Positions 26,548 to 34,691 of a stretch of 43,713 nucleotides of DNA are shown one piece after another. The DNA is from a virus. Taxonomy: Duplodnaviria > Heunggongvirae > Uroviricota > Caudoviricetes. Numbering within the stretch: position 1 is the first letter of the stretch; each line of letters begins with the position of its first letter. The notes beneath the pieces were generated by a model, which ran no database searches, was not told the origin of the DNA, and worked only from the letters and a program-made list of their open reading frames with translations. The position numbers were made by a program, and so were the translations under genes. Location: IMG/VR virus record IMGVR_UViG_3300019755_000001; one strand, written 5' to 3'.

Positions 26548-26773
26548 GGTACTCTCTATACAAGTCTCTAATTGTGTATGTTTCGTAGTCTATACCATTA
26601 ACGTACTCATTGCCAAGTTCTACTACCTCGGACTCGAAGTAGGCCCAGAAGAATGCGTACGAGAACGAGTCCATTTCACTATTTATTAGCAAGTCGTCTA
26701 TATCCAGTATTTCAAGTCCATCCTGTTCTTCGATGAACTCATTTATCTGACTTAGGAATTGTTCTTCAGTCAT
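26534..26773 (-). CDS. Acyl carrier protein
   Basis: 79-aa very acidic helical protein (ATG 26773, AGGTGG SD); EMDSF with Ser36 at the phosphopantetheine position; C-terminal TIRDL (TVxDL motif). Confidence 0.8.
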   Translation of the reverse strand: MTEEQFLSQINEFIEEQDGLEILDIDDLLINSEMDSFSYAFFWAYFESEVVELGNEYVNGIDYETYTIRDLYREYHERS

Positions 26774-26782
26774 ACTAACCAC

Positions 26783-27307
26783 CTATGCCGCAGGTGATAA
26801 GTCTGGATTTAACGGAGCTGCCTCACCTGTTAATGCTGCGTTTAGGTTGAAGTACGTTGCCCACATTGTTGCTGTTGGTTTTAACCCTCCTGCTCCAACT
26901 GTACCAATCATATCACCCATACTATCCATTGCTTTAATTAATTTATTGTGCTCAACTTGCTCGATTAACTTCTCTTCTTGTGTCTCAACGTATGCAGTAT
27001 CTGCAACCATTTTGGCAATCTGTGAGTCTAGTATACCACCTTGTTTAGCGATGTTATCCACCTCTAGTTGGTATTTACCTTCTTTATCAGCTAATGCTAG
27101 TGCTGTTTGCATAGCCCCTGTTGTAATACTAGTTGTTATGTTTGCTATGAAGTTAGTAAGTAACTCAGCTTTTTCCTTCTCAGTAATGTTGAAGTTATTG
27201 AACTCATTCTGTACGAATGCTTTTGTTAAGTCATACGGACTGCCATCAGCTGTTGCTGCCGCCATTAGGTTTGTATATTTTACTAAATAGTCTTCTGTAA
27301 ATGCCAT
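26783..27307 (-). CDS. Virion structural protein (N4 gp54 position)
   Basis: 174 aa; synteny downstream of MCP/gp55-like genes. Confidence 0.5.
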   Translation of the reverse strand: MAFTEDYLVKYTNLMAAATADGSPYDLTKAFVQNEFNNFNITEKEKAELLTNFIANITTSITTGAMQTALALADKEGKYQLEVDNIAKQGGILDSQIAKMVADTAYVETQEEKLIEQVEHNKLIKAMDSMGDMIGTVGAGGLKPTATMWATYFNLNAALTGEAAPLNPDLSPAA

Positions 27308-27702
27308 TAATCTATTCCTTGTGTTGTTTTATTAGTTGTTGTAGTACCATTATCATCTACATACGTATGTGTATGTGCTGTATAAGCCTCAGTGTCTAAT
27401 GTACCATCTGGATTGAACGTCACTTCAAGTGCTATTGCTATTGCATCCATTTTATTGTTTAGTATAGCAAGTTCTGTATTAATTGTACCTGTATCGGTCT
27501 CAAGCGTATCCAGTCTATCATTTGTGTTGTTTGCTGATACTGCCGTGCCTGTGAAGTTAACACCAAGCGAAGTGGCCATTGAGAGAAATCTTAGTCTATC
27601 GTCTTCGTATTTACTATCTACGTCAATAACTATTGTGTTAGCTTTGGCTATACCAATCTTTCCGAACTTTTTACTTTTACCGTTTAGTATTGATGTACCC
27701 AT
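27307..27702 (-). CDS. Putative small fibre/spike protein with coiled coil and HxH motif
   Basis: Heptad segment LDTLETDTGTINTELAILNNKMDAI, then AHTHTY near the C-terminus. Confidence 0.45.
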   Translation of the reverse strand: MGTSILNGKSKKFGKIGIAKANTIVIDVDSKYEDDRLRFLSMATSLGVNFTGTAVSANNTNDRLDTLETDTGTINTELAILNNKMDAIAIALEVTFNPDGTLDTEAYTAHTHTYVDDNGTTTTNKTTQGID

Positions 27703-27755
27703 GTAGTCTCCTTGTAATCACACTTCAACCCACCAATTTGATGAGCTGAATCTAA

Positions 27756-28277
27756 TTACTTACCTTGTATTTCGGCTAGTTCTTCTGCTGTTAACGGAAT
27801 TTCTTGAATCATGAATGCTGGGGACATTTGATATGTAGTAATTTCTCTACCTTTTGAGCTTGTTCTTTTAACTTGCTGTAGTGATTTCTTTTCAGCTAAC
27901 ATATCTGTTATTACCTTGAACACTAATTGCTCTTTACCGAACTTAACTACTTGTTTCTTAGTACCAAATTTACCCATATGTGTAAACATATCAGAAGGGA
28001 TCTCTCTCATTCTTGGGTCTAATGCAGTAACTATTACTTTAACCATTTCAGTACTTGATCTCATACCACTAGCTTTGTTCTTTTCTGCTACAATCTTTTC
28101 ACTAACCTCTACTGAAGCTGTTTCAGCTTTACTTGCTTTTTCTTCAATCGCTTTATCAGCTGCTTCTTGTTCTGCTTCATCTACTAGTAATTGCAAATCT
28201 ACTGTACTCATGTTCTTCTTGAACTCTAATCCCATCTCGCCAGCTTTCGCTATTAGTTCTTCTCTTTCTGTTGCCAT
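27756..28277 (-). CDS. N4 gp55-like protein
   Basis: REELIAKAGEMGLEF small N-terminal domain; VKVIVTALDP...; directly after MCP. Confidence 0.65.
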   Translation of the reverse strand: MATEREELIAKAGEMGLEFKKNMSTVDLQLLVDEAEQEAADKAIEEKASKAETASVEVSEKIVAEKNKASGMRSSTEMVKVIVTALDPRMREIPSDMFTHMGKFGTKKQVVKFGKEQLVFKVITDMLAEKKSLQQVKRTSSKGREITTYQMSPAFMIQEIPLTAEELAEIQGK

Positions 28278-28338
28278 TTTGTTTTCCTGTTTTATCTTAT
28301 TTTTATTGTCATCGGTGATACCAGACGTTTGTTAACCA

Positions 28339-28354
28339 ACAGGGCGAACCCTGT
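28339..28354 (-). terminator. UUCG-tetraloop hairpin after major capsid gene (terminator or mRNA-stabilising)
   Basis: ACAGGG-TTCG-CCCTGT on the coding strand, with a weak U tail (UGGUU). Confidence 0.55.
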
Positions 28355-28371
28355 CAGCACCTAGCTTCTAA

Positions 28372-29613
28372 TTAGTATTTAGAAGCTGTTGAGTATACTG
28401 CTAAGTGATCAGGTCTATCAACCAGAACCCCATTCCAGAACTCGATTACAGTCATACCTGTTTTAGCGTACGGGTTCTCTTTAGTTCTTAACTCTTCTGG
28501 AGTTTTAGTAACTACGTTGAACTTACCTTTTGTACCAGCACCGTATTCGAATCCGATGTGTGTGAAACATTCTGAACCAACGATTAATGAAGCGTATGCT
28601 TCGAACTTAGTACCATCATTTCTGAACGCATCATTAGTTGCATTTGATGTCCATGCCGCACCAACTGCCGCACCAGCTGCATCTGAATATTTAACCATTT
28701 TAGGGTTAACTACGATTCTGAATGGACCAACTTTACCGATCTCACCGTGAATTGCATTTCTGTACTTACCGTCTTTGTCTGCATCTGCGTACTGTTCTAC
28801 TGGCACGAACGCCATTTTAGGGTTAGTAGCTGTTGAATCTAATGCTTCGATTGTCATGTAATCCATTTTTTGGTCTGGAGTAATGAAGATGTATCTAGCT
28901 GCCGCAACTGTTTTAGTATCAACTAATCTTGAACCTTTGATGATTTTAGTGTCTTTTGCACATTTGTTATTATCTAACTCTGTGTCTAAAGCGTATAAAT
29001 CTTTCAATGTTGGAACTGAAGTAGCATCAATTGTAGCTAATGTTGTAGCATCACCTGCGAACATATTAACACCAGCACCGTTAATTAACTCAATAGCAAG
29101 TACGTCTTCGTTAATTTGTGTAGCACCTTTTACTGCTTCTCTTGTTACGTGCTCTTTCCACTTAGGGTCTGAATCGAAGTTCACTTCGTCTTTTGTCCAC
29201 TCGAAGAAGAATCCTCTATTAACAATATTACCTCTAACTTCTTTTCTTGAGAAAGAAACTTTGTTCACTCTTTCAGCATCTTCTGACAATTCTGGTAGTT
29301 TACCTGAAATTACACCAGTACCTCTACTTGAACCGTATAAGTTACCATTTGCGTATGCTACACCAGCACTATCAAGCCCTAATCCTGCACCACCTGCATT
29401 TTCGTCGTCTAATAACGGAATGTATCTGTGTTTAACTACTTCTTTACCCATGTGTTTAGGTTGTGACATTGAACCTGACATTTGACCAAGGTACATCATA
29501 TCTTTTGATTCGATAATCGCTTTCTTGTTGTAGTAATGTTGGTTAAGTTGTACGTTACCTGCTGAGTTATCTATTGTAGATTCTCCACCTGTTTTTCCTG
29601 TATTATATCCCAT
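28372..29613 (-). CDS. Major capsid protein, N4-gp56 family
   Basis: HYYNKKA, MPK/QPKHMGK, YIPLLDD, GNLYGSSR, LPELSEDAERVNKVSF, EIGKVGPFRIV, NPYAKTG. Confidence 0.92.
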   Translation of the reverse strand: MGYNTGKTGGESTIDNSAGNVQLNQHYYNKKAIIESKDMMYLGQMSGSMSQPKHMGKEVVKHRYIPLLDDENAGGAGLGLDSAGVAYANGNLYGSSRGTGVISGKLPELSEDAERVNKVSFSRKEVRGNIVNRGFFFEWTKDEVNFDSDPKWKEHVTREAVKGATQINEDVLAIELINGAGVNMFAGDATTLATIDATSVPTLKDLYALDTELDNNKCAKDTKIIKGSRLVDTKTVAAARYIFITPDQKMDYMTIEALDSTATNPKMAFVPVEQYADADKDGKYRNAIHGEIGKVGPFRIVVNPKMVKYSDAAGAAVGAAWTSNATNDAFRNDGTKFEAYASLIVGSECFTHIGFEYGAGTKGKFNVVTKTPEELRTKENPYAKTGMTVIEFWNGVLVDRPDHLAVYSTASKY

Positions 29614-29618
29614 GTTTG

Positions 29619-30830
29619 TTATCCTATTTGTTTATCCATAAACTTCATAAACTCTTCATCTGACATGTTATCCATATCTAAGTAGTCTACTCCATTAGTA
29701 GTTCCACCAGCTCCTTGCGTTACTGCTGCTGCCTTTTTCTTCTCTGCCGCAATCTTAGCTTGCTCTGTAGCCACTTGTGCTGCTTTTGCGTCTGCAATTA
29801 CCTTCGCCTTAGCGTCAGCTTCTGCCTGCAATCTAACTGCCTCAAGTTTCTCTGCTTGCTCAGCTGCGACCTTTGCTTGAGCCATTCGTTCAAGTCTTTG
29901 TATACCTGCTTCTACGTAGTAATCTAGGTCTGATTTCTTAGCACCGTCTAATTGCTTTAACTTAAGCATTTCTGGAGCAACTTCATCGTATATCCCATTT
30001 TCCATGTCGTAGTGTAGGTTTTCAATCACTTCTTGAGTTCCCATCTTCGCACCATTTGGTAGTGTTAACCCTTCAACGATTTGGTCCCTAGATCTATCAT
30101 CCCATTCCGCACCTAGTACGTTAGTTGTTCTATCACCAGTTGGCGTACCTTTGATTGCACCGAATGCATCATCAATCTCTAGTTCTTTATCACTTTTACC
30201 GTGATGGTTAGGTGTGTAGTTCAGCTCTTGTTCAGTATCAATATCAAGTGCATCTATGCCTGCTTGTTTGATTACCGACGTTATCGCATCTTTATTACCT
30301 TTTGCTACATCAATCATTGTATTGAATTGTTCATCCGTCATGCCCAATTCTTCCATAGCACTAATCCTTTTTCTATGTTTGGCAACTGCTTGTGTCTTAC
30401 GTGTATAGTCCATCGCTTGTTTGTACACTTTGTCAAATGATTCAAGCTTCTCTTTATTTGTAAACGCAAACTCTTTACCAATAGCCTTAATTGTGCTAGT
30501 AGAGTTTAAATACTCTGCGAGTAGGTCATCTTTTGAGTCTTTTACTTCAGTCTCTTCTTCAGTTGATTTCCCGTCTTCTGTTGACTCGTCTGGATCGGCA
30601 TCCACTTTATCATCTTCTTTCGGATCTTCTTTAGTTTCGTCATCTGTATTTTCATCATCAGAAATATCACTGGAATCCGTAATAGGTTGTTCCGTAGTAT
30701 CTTCAGCTGTCTCAGTTGTTTCCACTTGCTCTTGTTCTTCACTTGATGTTTCAGTTAGTTGTTCATCGAACTCACCACTGTTCATCTTAGCTTCAAACTC
30801 TTCGTCTGTCATGTTGTTTAACTCATCCAT
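29619..30830 (-). CDS. N4 gp57-like protein (acidic; scaffold or 'tape measure' annotation)
   Basis: Acidic N-terminus, IKAIGKEF, AMDYTRKTQ, WDDRSR, MSDEEF end; upstream of MCP. Confidence 0.75.
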   Translation of the reverse strand: MDELNNMTDEEFEAKMNSGEFDEQLTETSSEEQEQVETTETAEDTTEQPITDSSDISDDENTDDETKEDPKEDDKVDADPDESTEDGKSTEEETEVKDSKDDLLAEYLNSTSTIKAIGKEFAFTNKEKLESFDKVYKQAMDYTRKTQAVAKHRKRISAMEELGMTDEQFNTMIDVAKGNKDAITSVIKQAGIDALDIDTEQELNYTPNHHGKSDKELEIDDAFGAIKGTPTGDRTTNVLGAEWDDRSRDQIVEGLTLPNGAKMGTQEVIENLHYDMENGIYDEVAPEMLKLKQLDGAKKSDLDYYVEAGIQRLERMAQAKVAAEQAEKLEAVRLQAEADAKAKVIADAKAAQVATEQAKIAAEKKKAAAVTQGAGGTTNGVDYLDMDNMSDEEFMKFMDKQIG

Positions 30831-31105
30831 TATTCATCTTCTCCCGCATTATCAGCAGTAGTTTGCATAACTTCTAGCTTTCTCTGTAAGTACTTAACAC
30901 TCATGATCTCTTCCATTGTCTGTTGTCTCAATGCAGGGTTCATATCGATTAAGTCTCCTGAATCTTCTAGTAACGTTTTCATCATGTACTCTTGTACGAT
31001 TACTAACTGGAAGTCTGGATTTGTTTTCAGTCTGGCTAATGCCTGACCCAACTCTATTTCTCTTTTTCTAATTTCTAAATCAGATTCTTGGGTATTTGCA
31101 CTCAT
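30830..31105 (-). CDS. N4 gp58-like protein
   Basis: IELGQALARLKTNPDFQLVIVQEY motif; position between portal and gp57-like gene. Confidence 0.65.
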   Translation of the reverse strand: MSANTQESDLEIRKREIELGQALARLKTNPDFQLVIVQEYMMKTLLEDSGDLIDMNPALRQQTMEEIMSVKYLQRKLEVMQTTADNAGEDE

Positions 31106-31161
31106 TGCAAGTCCTTCTGTTGTTTATTTATTAGTCAAGTTTTTAGTCATTACTTATGGAC

Positions 31162-31404
31162 TTACGCCATACCTTGTGCTGCTAATCCAGCTCTTGGTGG
31201 TTGTGACGCAATCTGTGCCTGTGGTTGTTGTGCTAATTCAGCTTCTAGCTCTTGTATTGCCAACATGATCACATCTTCTGGGATACCCATACCAATTAAT
31301 TCTTCTGGTGTAGCTCCTTGCATAAGCATTGCCTTAACTTCTTCTACAGCTTGTAATCCTTGCTGATTCACTGGTGCTCCAGCTCCTGCTAATCCATTTG
31401 CCAT
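31162..31404 (-). CDS. Hypothetical Ala/Gln-rich protein
   Basis: 80 aa, AAGGGAG SD. Confidence 0.6.
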   Translation of the reverse strand: MANGLAGAGAPVNQQGLQAVEEVKAMLMQGATPEELIGMGIPEDVIMLAIQELEAELAQQPQAQIASQPPRAGLAAQGMA

Positions 31405-31460
31405 ATGTACTCCCTTGTTGTGTCTTTTATTGCTCTAATTTTACTACACACTAGCTTAAC

Positions 31461-31832
31461 CTAACCTTGGAAGGCTAAACTTTGTGGATTAATCACACTC
31501 TTAAGTGCTTCATTCTCCATTTGTGTGTTCTCAATTATGTCTTTTAGTCTACCATACATAGCACCAATCTCCTGGTCCTTTGCTGATGCAACTTGTCCAG
31601 CTACTTGTTGATCTCTCATTGATTGCTTTGCTTGTTTACCTAACTCAGCATTACTCAACTTCTCACTGATTCCAGTACCATTATCTAGGTCGTACAGCTT
31701 ACTTCCGTTTATTGCACCAGTTTCTTTTTGTCTTTGGTCGAGTCTGTCGAAATACTCTTGTTCAGCAGCACCTTCTGTGTCTACTGCTCTCGTACTCTCA
31801 AATCCTTGTCCTATCATCCAATCATTAGCCAT
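31461..31832 (-). CDS. Hypothetical protein
   Basis: 123 aa, TAATG-coupled to portal. Confidence 0.65.
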   Translation of the reverse strand: MANDWMIGQGFESTRAVDTEGAAEQEYFDRLDQRQKETGAINGSKLYDLDNGTGISEKLSNAELGKQAKQSMRDQQVAGQVASAKDQEIGAMYGRLKDIIENTQMENEALKSVINPQSLAFQG

Positions 31833-33895
31833 TATTCTACCACTCCTATATTTTTATCACCTTGCTGAGCTTGATATCTCATCTGAATCAAGTTCACTCT
31901 AGCTTTCATTTGTTCTATCTCTTTCTTACCCGCAGCTTTTCTATCTTCTAACTCAAGCGCCTCTAAGTGACTAACCCCATTGTCATTTTTAAGGTAGGTA
32001 AGGGCTTCATTGTCAATCTTCTCGTCAAGTAGCTTAGCCTCTTTTAGTAACTTGTAGCGTTGAGCATCTAGTAATTTCGCTTTTGAATTTTTTTCAGCTT
32101 TATCTGCTATATCTTCTTCACCACTTGCTTTCATTTGCCTTATCTCAGCTTCTATTTTGTCATTTGCTAACTTAGCTGCTCTATATTCTTCTTGCTTCAT
32201 CATTTCGATCATTGGGTCTGGATTAGCCATCTGTTCTCTCAGTTGGTCTGCTCTGTCCCTCATTCTCTTAGCTTCTGTTGGCATTTTTGCTAACTCATAG
32301 TAATCTGCTGTCATCTCTGCTAGTAAGTCTGGCTCCATTGACGGTCCAAGTGTTTGTAGCATAAACGCAAGCTTTTCGGCTTTTAGTGCGTTATCTTCTA
32401 CTGTGCTTACCTCAATCTCTATGTCGATTGACGAGCCAACATCATCTGTACTTGGCTGTACATACTCTTCATTTGTTATTCTTGTTACTTCTTCAGGTGA
32501 CATGAACTCAGCGTTGTAACTAATCCATTTTCTAACTAATGGCTTAATCAAGTTCTCTGCGAGGTTTCTTACTGTGTTTAGTCTTCTTGTACTGATTGAA
32601 TCAAGTACTCCACCAGCACCTTTGGCACTACCACCAATTCCACCACTTAGTCCTTTTTCATTCATTCCCATAACACCAGTTATAGACTCAATGTCTCTAT
32701 CTGCTACATTCAGCATGTCGAACGCAGTGCCTGGCATTTGGTTGAACGAACCGTGTTGTATATCAGCAATTGATGTGTTTACTTCGAAGTGCTTACCAGC
32801 TTCCATACGTTTCTTGTTACGTGTGTCTAGTGCGCCTTTCTTAGTGATTATCTGCCCATTATTCGACTGAGCCATGTTGTTAATCATACCTCTGAACACA
32901 GCAGTTTTGATTTGTTGACTATCAGCAATTAACGCAGCATTTGCCTCACCGTACATTTCGAATGGTACACTATTAGCTGATGTGAATAGGAATGGTATTT
33001 GTTTGTCTGGGTATGGATTACCTTGTAGTCTGATTACTGTGTCATTTACCCAAGTACATACGATTGGTTCAGCAATCCCATCACCGTCTAAATCATAGTT
33101 ACCCCAGTACTCGTATACCAGCAACTCTTTTCTTGGGTCGTCCTCGAACTTGAATGATGACTCATCCTGTTCTTCATAATCCTCATCACTTTGTGGATCA
33201 GCGTCATCAGCGTGCTTTTTGATTCTATCTAAGTTCTTGTATCTACCATCTTGTTTAAGTCCACTCAGATTTGATTTATACCTTACCACGACGAACTGAC
33301 ATCTATCCATATCATCCTCACATGTAGGGTCAATAAACACATCTTCATTTCGTCTAACTACTGCTGTCGGGTTATTTACTTTTGTTACTTCTTGTGTAAC
33401 TGTTTCAATCCCGCCCAAGTACTCTTCGCCAGTTGTTTCATCTACCATCACGATAGCCTGCTCAACCTGGATCTTCTTACCTTTGTATTCCCAGCCACAT
33501 TGTACAGCAACCGTACCATCTCTGTCGTATATTTTTATTGCTTTCTGAAGGAAGTTGTATCTTGGGAATCGTCTAGTGAATTGTGTATTGATTACCAACT
33601 CAGTCTGTCTGGCAATTGCCTTATCTTCCCATGTTATTGGTTTACTCTTGATTATGTCCTGATCCATGAAGGGCGCCATCAAGCTTGCGTATAACCACTC
33701 CGACTGACGTCTTGAGTCCTTACTTACAATCTTTGACTTTCCTTCCTCTTCATTACCGTACAGGTCAGCATTGTACACACGTCTGTAGTCTTGTATCTTA
33801 TTCATCTGCGTGTCGTGCTGCGTCTTACTATTAGTGTAATCCTTCTTGAACTTGCTTAGTATGTCTTTTATTTTAGGTCTTTCCATCTGTACCAT
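31832..33895 (-). CDS. Portal protein (N4 gp59-like)
   Basis: SKIVSKDSRRQSEWLYASL, PITWED, FIDPTC, VYEYWGNYDLDGDGIAEPIV, NPYPD, YGEANA. Confidence 0.9.
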   Translation of the reverse strand: MVQMERPKIKDILSKFKKDYTNSKTQHDTQMNKIQDYRRVYNADLYGNEEEGKSKIVSKDSRRQSEWLYASLMAPFMDQDIIKSKPITWEDKAIARQTELVINTQFTRRFPRYNFLQKAIKIYDRDGTVAVQCGWEYKGKKIQVEQAIVMVDETTGEEYLGGIETVTQEVTKVNNPTAVVRRNEDVFIDPTCEDDMDRCQFVVVRYKSNLSGLKQDGRYKNLDRIKKHADDADPQSDEDYEEQDESSFKFEDDPRKELLVYEYWGNYDLDGDGIAEPIVCTWVNDTVIRLQGNPYPDKQIPFLFTSANSVPFEMYGEANAALIADSQQIKTAVFRGMINNMAQSNNGQIITKKGALDTRNKKRMEAGKHFEVNTSIADIQHGSFNQMPGTAFDMLNVADRDIESITGVMGMNEKGLSGGIGGSAKGAGGVLDSISTRRLNTVRNLAENLIKPLVRKWISYNAEFMSPEEVTRITNEEYVQPSTDDVGSSIDIEIEVSTVEDNALKAEKLAFMLQTLGPSMEPDLLAEMTADYYELAKMPTEAKRMRDRADQLREQMANPDPMIEMMKQEEYRAAKLANDKIEAEIRQMKASGEEDIADKAEKNSKAKLLDAQRYKLLKEAKLLDEKIDNEALTYLKNDNGVSHLEALELEDRKAAGKKEIEQMKARVNLIQMRYQAQQGDKNIGVVE

Positions 33896-33913
33896 CCATT
33901 TGTTATCTTCTCG

Positions 33914-33919
33914 ATTATA
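33914..33919 (-). promoter_or_regulatory. Candidate sigma70 -10 box (TATAAT) upstream of portal
   Basis: Perfect TATAAT in an AT-rich spacer; no good -35 (GCTACA). Confidence 0.4.
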
Positions 33920-33942
33920 GCTTACTATTTATTAATTGTAGC

Positions 33943-34293
33943 TTACCGTTTATCCCATCTTCGTGGTACACCGCTTTTAGTGTCGACATGTGTTCTGCCA
34001 ACATATCTACCAATCCCATACTTATTTGGGTACTTGTTGTGTAGGTACATAGCAACATCATCAGCATGCACATCTTTTACTCTGAAGTCGGCAGCTTGTC
34101 CTGTCTTGTGTACTGAGTTCTTAGCTCCACCAACCTTTGCATTATGTGCATCACATCTACATCCACTTGTTATTGTTACTGGCTTACCGAAGTGTTCTCT
34201 AACATCGTCTAGTACTTCTGCTAATTCGTAGTCAACCGTATCAAACCCGCAATTACACTTACATGCAAACTCTAATCTTTTAAAATATTTCAT
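33943..34293 (-). CDS. Peptidase M15A family endolysin (Zn peptidoglycan peptidase)
   Basis: EFACKCNCG, ITSGCRC, HNAKVGGAKNSVH, AADF, HVDT (H...D...H zinc ligands). Confidence 0.88.
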   Translation of the reverse strand: MKYFKRLEFACKCNCGFDTVDYELAEVLDDVREHFGKPVTITSGCRCDAHNAKVGGAKNSVHKTGQAADFRVKDVHADDVAMYLHNKYPNKYGIGRYVGRTHVDTKSGVPRRWDKR

Positions 34294-34295
34294 TC

Positions 34296-34685
34296 TTATC
34301 CTTTGTGTTTAGCTAACAGAACTTCATTGAGTTTTTCTGTTAGTATGTTTACTTCATTTTGAAGTCTTTTTGCTGCATCCGATTGTTCAACTCGCTCATT
34401 GTAGTACTTTTTCTTCTCCGGTTCACTGAAGCTTTTCACTGCATCCAAACCAAAGTTTAGTGCTAATGTTATTACGAATACAGCAATTGATACGTAAATT
34501 GTCTGCTTTGTCTTAATGTCACTGAACGCAACAGCTTGGTCGTTCATTGCTGCAACTATCTTACTATTGAAGTCAGCATTTTCTTCTCGTATCTTCTCAA
34601 TTAAGGCATCAGCATTATCTTGTCTGTTATGTACATCATCAATTCGTAAGTTTATTTGGCTTACAACCATTTCATCCATTCCCAT
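34296..34685 (-). CDS. Single-pass membrane protein, holin/antiholin-like
   Basis: Coiled coil, TM segment IYVSIAVFVITLALNFGL, coiled-coil tail; adjacent to endolysin. Confidence 0.5.
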   Translation of the reverse strand: MGMDEMVVSQINLRIDDVHNRQDNADALIEKIREENADFNSKIVAAMNDQAVAFSDIKTKQTIYVSIAVFVITLALNFGLDAVKSFSEPEKKKYYNERVEQSDAAKRLQNEVNILTEKLNEVLLAKHKG

Positions 34686-34691
34686 ACGTAT

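Noticed and set aside
28339-28354. N4-type vRNAP promoter hairpin
   Set aside because: Four-nucleotide loop that reads UUCG on the mRNA, which better fits an RNA hairpin after MCP.
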